64,000 bases of DNA from the human T2T-CHM13v2.0 reference genome, Homo sapiens. The position numbers and the translations under genes are program-made. The notes beneath the pieces are model-generated. The model made no database searches, had not been told where the DNA came from, and was given only the letters and a program-made list of their open reading frames with translations. Of the stretch, positions 58,701-64,000 are shown in pieces. Each line of letters opens with the position of its first letter. The first letter of the stretch is position 1. The stretch lies in assembly GCF_009914755.1 (NCBI RefSeq), contig NC_060931.1; one strand, 5' to 3'.

Positions 58701-59367
58701 AAAAACATAAGGAATGATGTTCAAACTAATTAAAAATCAGAAAAATAACAAAACTATAACATGCTCACTTTTATCCATGATATTGTTCAAACCACAAAGC
58801 CTAACAATATGTTAGCAAGAATGCCAAAAACAAAATGGATACTTTCACATGGTCTACAAATGTAAAGTGGAAAAAACTTTTTGGAGGACAGTTTGGATAT
58901 AACTTGCAAGATTTTAAATGTGCAAACCTTTTGAGCAATTCTACTTCTGGAAGTCTTCTACAGAATTAACGCGTACCAAGGATATTATCATCGTTATGGC
59001 AAACAAACATCTGATGCTTACTCTGTGGCTAGGCACTGTTCTAAACACAAAGCAACTTTATGATGTGAGTGGTATTTTTATCCCCTACTATAAGAATGAA
59101 ACTGAAAAGATGAATAACTTGCCCAATTACAGAGCTAGTAAATGACAAAGTTGGGATTCAAACCTTGGCAGTCTGGTTCATAAGACAGTACTCTTAACCA
59201 CCATATAAAATAAGAATAAAAATTATAAACAACTTAAATGCTGTCAACATGATAATGGTTCAATAAATTACAGTACATTAATAATAAGGAATATTAAGCA
59301 GCTAAAAAAATGGGAGGTAAACTTATTATGTACTGACAAGGAAAGATCCCAAACAAGTGAAAAGAAG

Positions 59368-59368
59368 T

Positions 59369-59414
<46 letters not shown>

Positions 59415-59427
59415 CTGTGTGTCTGTG
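59368..59427. repeat. (TG)n microsatellite
   Basis: Direct inspection. Confidence 0.95.
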
Positions 59428-61814
59428 CATTTGTATGAAAATGTGTATTTTTAAAAAGGATTAGGGACATTTACCAAACTACTTAAAATAGCTATCCTGG
59501 GGCAGAGAATTTAAGGAATTTCTTTAATCAACAAAGACTCATGATTTACTACTTGGACTTCCATATTATTTTAATATCTTATGACAAAATGTCTTGATTA
59601 TTTACAGGGTTAAAAAGGCTAAAAAGAAAAACTACAACATAAATGACAATTTCTAGTAATGTTTTCTAAGTAAGATATTTCTAAAAATTCTTTATGAAAT
59701 AATATTTTTGTAATTCCAGTCTATGCTTTCAGAGCAAAGATATGTCACACATTTACTTACAGCTAGAAAACAAGTTACTATTGTAAGCCAAAATTACATT
59801 TTTATCTACTAAACTGCTCCTGTGACATTTACAACTAAATTTATGTTCTGAGAAAGTAGGCAACATTTTTTCCAAAGGTATCTTCTGTTTATTAAAACAT
59901 GCAATAACATTCAACAAGTTAACAATTACACAATGACTACGTCAAAACCTAGGGCATTAATTAATGTGTTCTGCCTTATCAATGGTAATAAAAGCATCTA
60001 TTTAAATTAAAATGCCACATCACTTTACAAAACCCTTATCTTATGACTGAGCAATCCTAATGTAACAAATACATATGGTAGAAAAATTACCTTCTAAATG
60101 TAAAAAAAAAATCTTTTTTTTTAAATATAAGAAAGAGTTTCAGCAAACTAGGGGGAAACGCACAATTTCTAAAAACAAAAATGTCAATTGCATATATTTT
60201 TTAAAGGCTCATTCTAACAATAAAAATGTCAACTCCAAACTTAAGGTTAAATTGAAGATTTACTATGTCAAGTTTCAATTCATTTGACTGAAGGCCACCT
60301 TGTTTTTCAGACCTACAGGTGATTAAGCTAAATTAAAGTGGTAACATTGTTCTGTTCCCATACTTTCATAGTTTGTAGAATTTTTAAGTGAAAATATTCA
60401 ACTATAATTTAGGGAACAAGACAGAAAAAAAAACCCAAATCCAAAGATACAGGAAGTTTAATACAAACATATGTTTTGCAACAATATAAAAAGTCACGCT
60501 GTTTAAACTGTTGTGAAAACATCCTAAATATAGACAAGATGAAGAATATAAATACATTCTACTGGTGGATCCTGTTCAGATTAAACTGTTGTAAATACCC
60601 TTATCAAACCTCTGTTACATTGAAAGGCACTTAAATACTTGAGCACCAATTTTCTGTTCTGTGAAAAATAACATACCATTTATCAGTGAGTTGTAAAGAT
60701 TATTTAGACAATGTATTACACAGACAAGCAATTAACACAGTGCCTATTACACAGCAAATGTTCAATAAATGTTTCATTTACAAATTCTAAAGCCCGGAAA
60801 CAAATTCTAAAGCCAAAATAAACCAGTATTAAATTTCCATATTTGCCAGATACCGTACACTGTGTTAAATATTGTCAGTATCAAGATCCAAGAGATGCAT
60901 AAGATGTAATTTGTGTCCTAGAGGCTTAATTTTAAAAACGGCTTTCAAGTTGTAAGTTTTTACCATAAGTCCCACAGATGGAAAATGAAAAAATAAAAGA
61001 AAATAAAGAAAAATAATAAAAGAACAAAGTGGTTCTACATATCATATGGAAAGCTGTCCATGAATTAAATCAATGCTATTTCCAAAGCTATTTTAAATAA
61101 GATTTTAAAAAAGAAGTTTGCATGGGAAGGAAAGAATTACAGAGCTGACACAAAAATAGTTATAAATAAACTTTAAAAATCTAGAAGATGCTGATTTCTA
61201 TTTCTAGTAATTGCAAGTTAGATAATTTGGACCAAAATTGTGAGGGAATCTAGAAGTTTTTAAAAATTTCTTAAAAACTGAGGAACTAAATCCATTATTT
61301 TAACAACAGATTAGAAGGTGAAGTGAGATTTAGTGACCTAGAGGGAGGATCAGAAGCTATAATCCAGAATATGGCACAATGAGACTGAAAAATGGAAAAT
61401 GAAAGATATTGAGGATACAGTGAGAAGATCTAATGGATATACAATCAGAGGCTCAGAAGGAGGATGTAATATTTGAAGAAACGATAGATGAGAGATTTTC
61501 TAGAACTGCAAAATTTAGAAGATGCTTGTCATGGTATCATGATGGAGATACCTTAATAATATCACATTAAAGGGATGTTTTTTCCTTTTCAAGAAGCCAC
61601 TTTCAAGATGAAAGAGAAGAAATGTTGGAAGAAGCTACAAAATTTTTGCAAAAAACATTGACACCCAGGAATCCAAATAGTATTAGCAAATTTAAATGTT
61701 TACTTAAAACAAAATTTGGGTGCAATATAAACTTTAAAGCAGATGAGAATTACTCCTTTAATGTATCTATTTAGTTAATAAGTTTGGAAATGTTCACCAT
61801 CAAATGATAAAAAT

Positions 61815-62538
61815 TTAATTATTTATTTTTATTATAATTTAAGTTCTGGGGTACATTTGTAGAGCATGCAGGTTTGTTCCATTGGTATACACGTGCCATG
61901 GTGGTTTGTGCACCCATAAACCCGTCACCTACATTAAGTATTTCTCCTAATGCTATCCCTCTCCCAGCCTATCATCTCCTGATAGGCCCTGGTATGTGAT
62001 GTTCCCCTCCCTGTGTCCATGTGTTCTCACTGTTCAACTCCCACTCATGAGTGAGAACATGCAGTGTTTGGTTTTCTGTTCTTGTGTTAGTTTGCTGAGA
62101 ATGATGGTTTCCAGTTTCATCCATGTCCCTGCAAGGACATGAACTCATCCTTTTTTATGGCTGCATAGTATTCCATGGTGTATATGTGCCACATTTTCTT
62201 TATCTAGTCTGTCATTGATGGGCATTTGGGTTGGTTCCAAGTCTTTGCTATTGTGAACAGTGCCGCAATAAACATATGTGTGCACATGTCTTTATAGCAG
62301 AATAATTTATAATCCTTTGAGTATATACCTAGTAATGGGATTGCTGGGTCAAATGGTATTTCTAGTTCTAGAGTTCTAGATCCTTGAGGAATCGCCACAC
62401 TGTCCTCCACAATGATTGAACTAATTTACACTCCCACCAACAGTATAAAAGCATTCCTATTTCTCCACATCCTCTCCAGCATCTGTTGCTTCCTGACTTT
62501 TTAATGATCGCCATTCTATCTGGCATGAGATGGTATCT
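61815..62538 (-). mobile_element. L1PA (PA7/8-like) 5'-truncated 3' end, about 720 bp
   Basis: Well-preserved L1PA 3' UTR and ORF2 C-terminus (EIPFDPAIPLLGIY...MFIAALFTIAKTWNQPKCP). Confidence 0.93.
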
Positions 62539-63038
62539 CTTTATCTGTGGTTTTGCTGTCTGCAGTAACCTGAGGACCAAAAATATTAAATAAAAAATTC
62601 ATAACTTTTGAATTGCACACTGTCCTGAATAGTGTGATGAGATTTTGTACTGTCTCACTTGAGATATGAATCATCTTTTGTCCGGCATATCCACGCTATA
62701 TATACTACACACCCAATTATCACTGACGGATCTGTCTCAATTATCAGATTGACAGATCTTTTCAGATCATTTCAGGTCACCAAGAAAGATGAGTACAGTA
62801 CAATAAGATATTTTGAGAGAAACCATATTCACATAATTTTTATTACAGTATATTGTTATAATTGTTCTATTTTATTATTAGTTAATGTTAGTCTCTTACT
62901 ATGCCTAACTTATAAATTATCACATATATGTAGGCATAGGAAAAAATACAGTATTTATAGGGTTTGGTAGTATCAATGTTTTCAGGCGTCTACTAGGGGG
63001 TCTTGGAATGTATCCCTGGCACATAAAGGGGAACTCTG
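62536..63038. mobile_element. Second MER44-like element, inverted relative to 54758-55335
   Basis: agtacaataagatattttgagag is the reverse complement of the first copy; terminus gggggtcttggaatgtatccc..ataaaggggaactctg. Confidence 0.75.
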
Positions 63039-63135
63039 AAAGAAAACTGAAAAAAATGAAATTAAAGAATGAAAACTGAAAAAAATGAAATATAAAACAA
63101 CAACAAAAAAAGGTATTCAGTGATATTAACGTTTA

Positions 63136-63552
<417 letters not shown>

Positions 63553-64000
63553 AGGAGTGGATAGTCAGTGCTTGCTACTTGAAGCACTGATGCAAGGTGC
63601 TTGTCTGTTTAGGGACTTAGAAAGACGTACTATATTGTCAGCACTCATGCTGCCTTAGCATAGAGCCTAAATACTTTAAAATTCTGCCTAATGAAATCTT
63701 GTTAACAACTTTATGGCTTTTTTGTCCTTTCTTTTAATTTCTAAGCAATTGATTTTCTGCCTTACCGGAACACTTGTTTTTCTCAGGCCATAAAGAAAAT
63801 AGCAAACTACTAATACACAGAGCATGGATGAGTCTTAAAATTTATTATATTCAGTTAAAGAAATCACAAAAATACTCTATAATTCTAGAACAGAAAAAAT
63901 TTATAGTGGTAGAAACAAGATCCGGATCACATGGTTGCTTCTGGTGGAGAGGGAACTGGACTGGCAAGAGACACAATGGAACTTTCTGGAGTGATAGAAA

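Noticed and set aside
62988-63002. CTCF-like CTACTAGGGGGTC
   Set aside because: Lies in the MER44 terminal region and mismatches key core positions.
54758-63038. Two inverted MER44-like copies as the ends of one large transposon
   Set aside because: Both are diverged internal-deletion derivatives, with no transposase between them and no shared TSD seen; independent insertions are more likely.

Overview
AT-rich primate (very probably human, 7q31.2) genomic DNA containing the 3' part of ASZ1/GASZ, the germ-cell piRNA-pathway ankyrin-SAM-bZIP protein, on the minus strand. Nine coding exons (exons 5-13 by recalled human numbering) were reconstructed by hand with GT-AG boundaries and consistent phases, from [13 protein letters not shown] to the C-terminal KLTFQRK* at 10936. 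Positions 33128-64000 are part of the large intron 4, and exons 1-4 lie beyond the right edge. Much of the remainder is transposable-element debris: old L1s, about 20 Alu/FLAM copies, Tigger3/MER44/MER58/MER1 DNA transposons, solo LTRs and a two-LTR ERVL-class provirus. Nearly all ORFs in the supplied track are repeat-derived or chance. I see no new stand-alone biological system. The most notable signals are: (1) a near-perfect forward CTCF motif at about 47327, probably the CFTR -80.1 kb boundary, with a divergent CTCF-like partner at about 33340; (2) a microhomology-flanked copy of the CTCF-adjacent DNA pasted into a nearby MER51-like LTR; (3) a stop codon plus AATAAA just inside intron 11 that could give an anchor-less GASZ; (4) an in-frame alternative acceptor in exon 12; (5) an L1>ERVL>MER1B nest hitting the retroviral protease active site. 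Repeat subfamily names, repeat boundaries and genome context come from recognition and memory, not from database searches.
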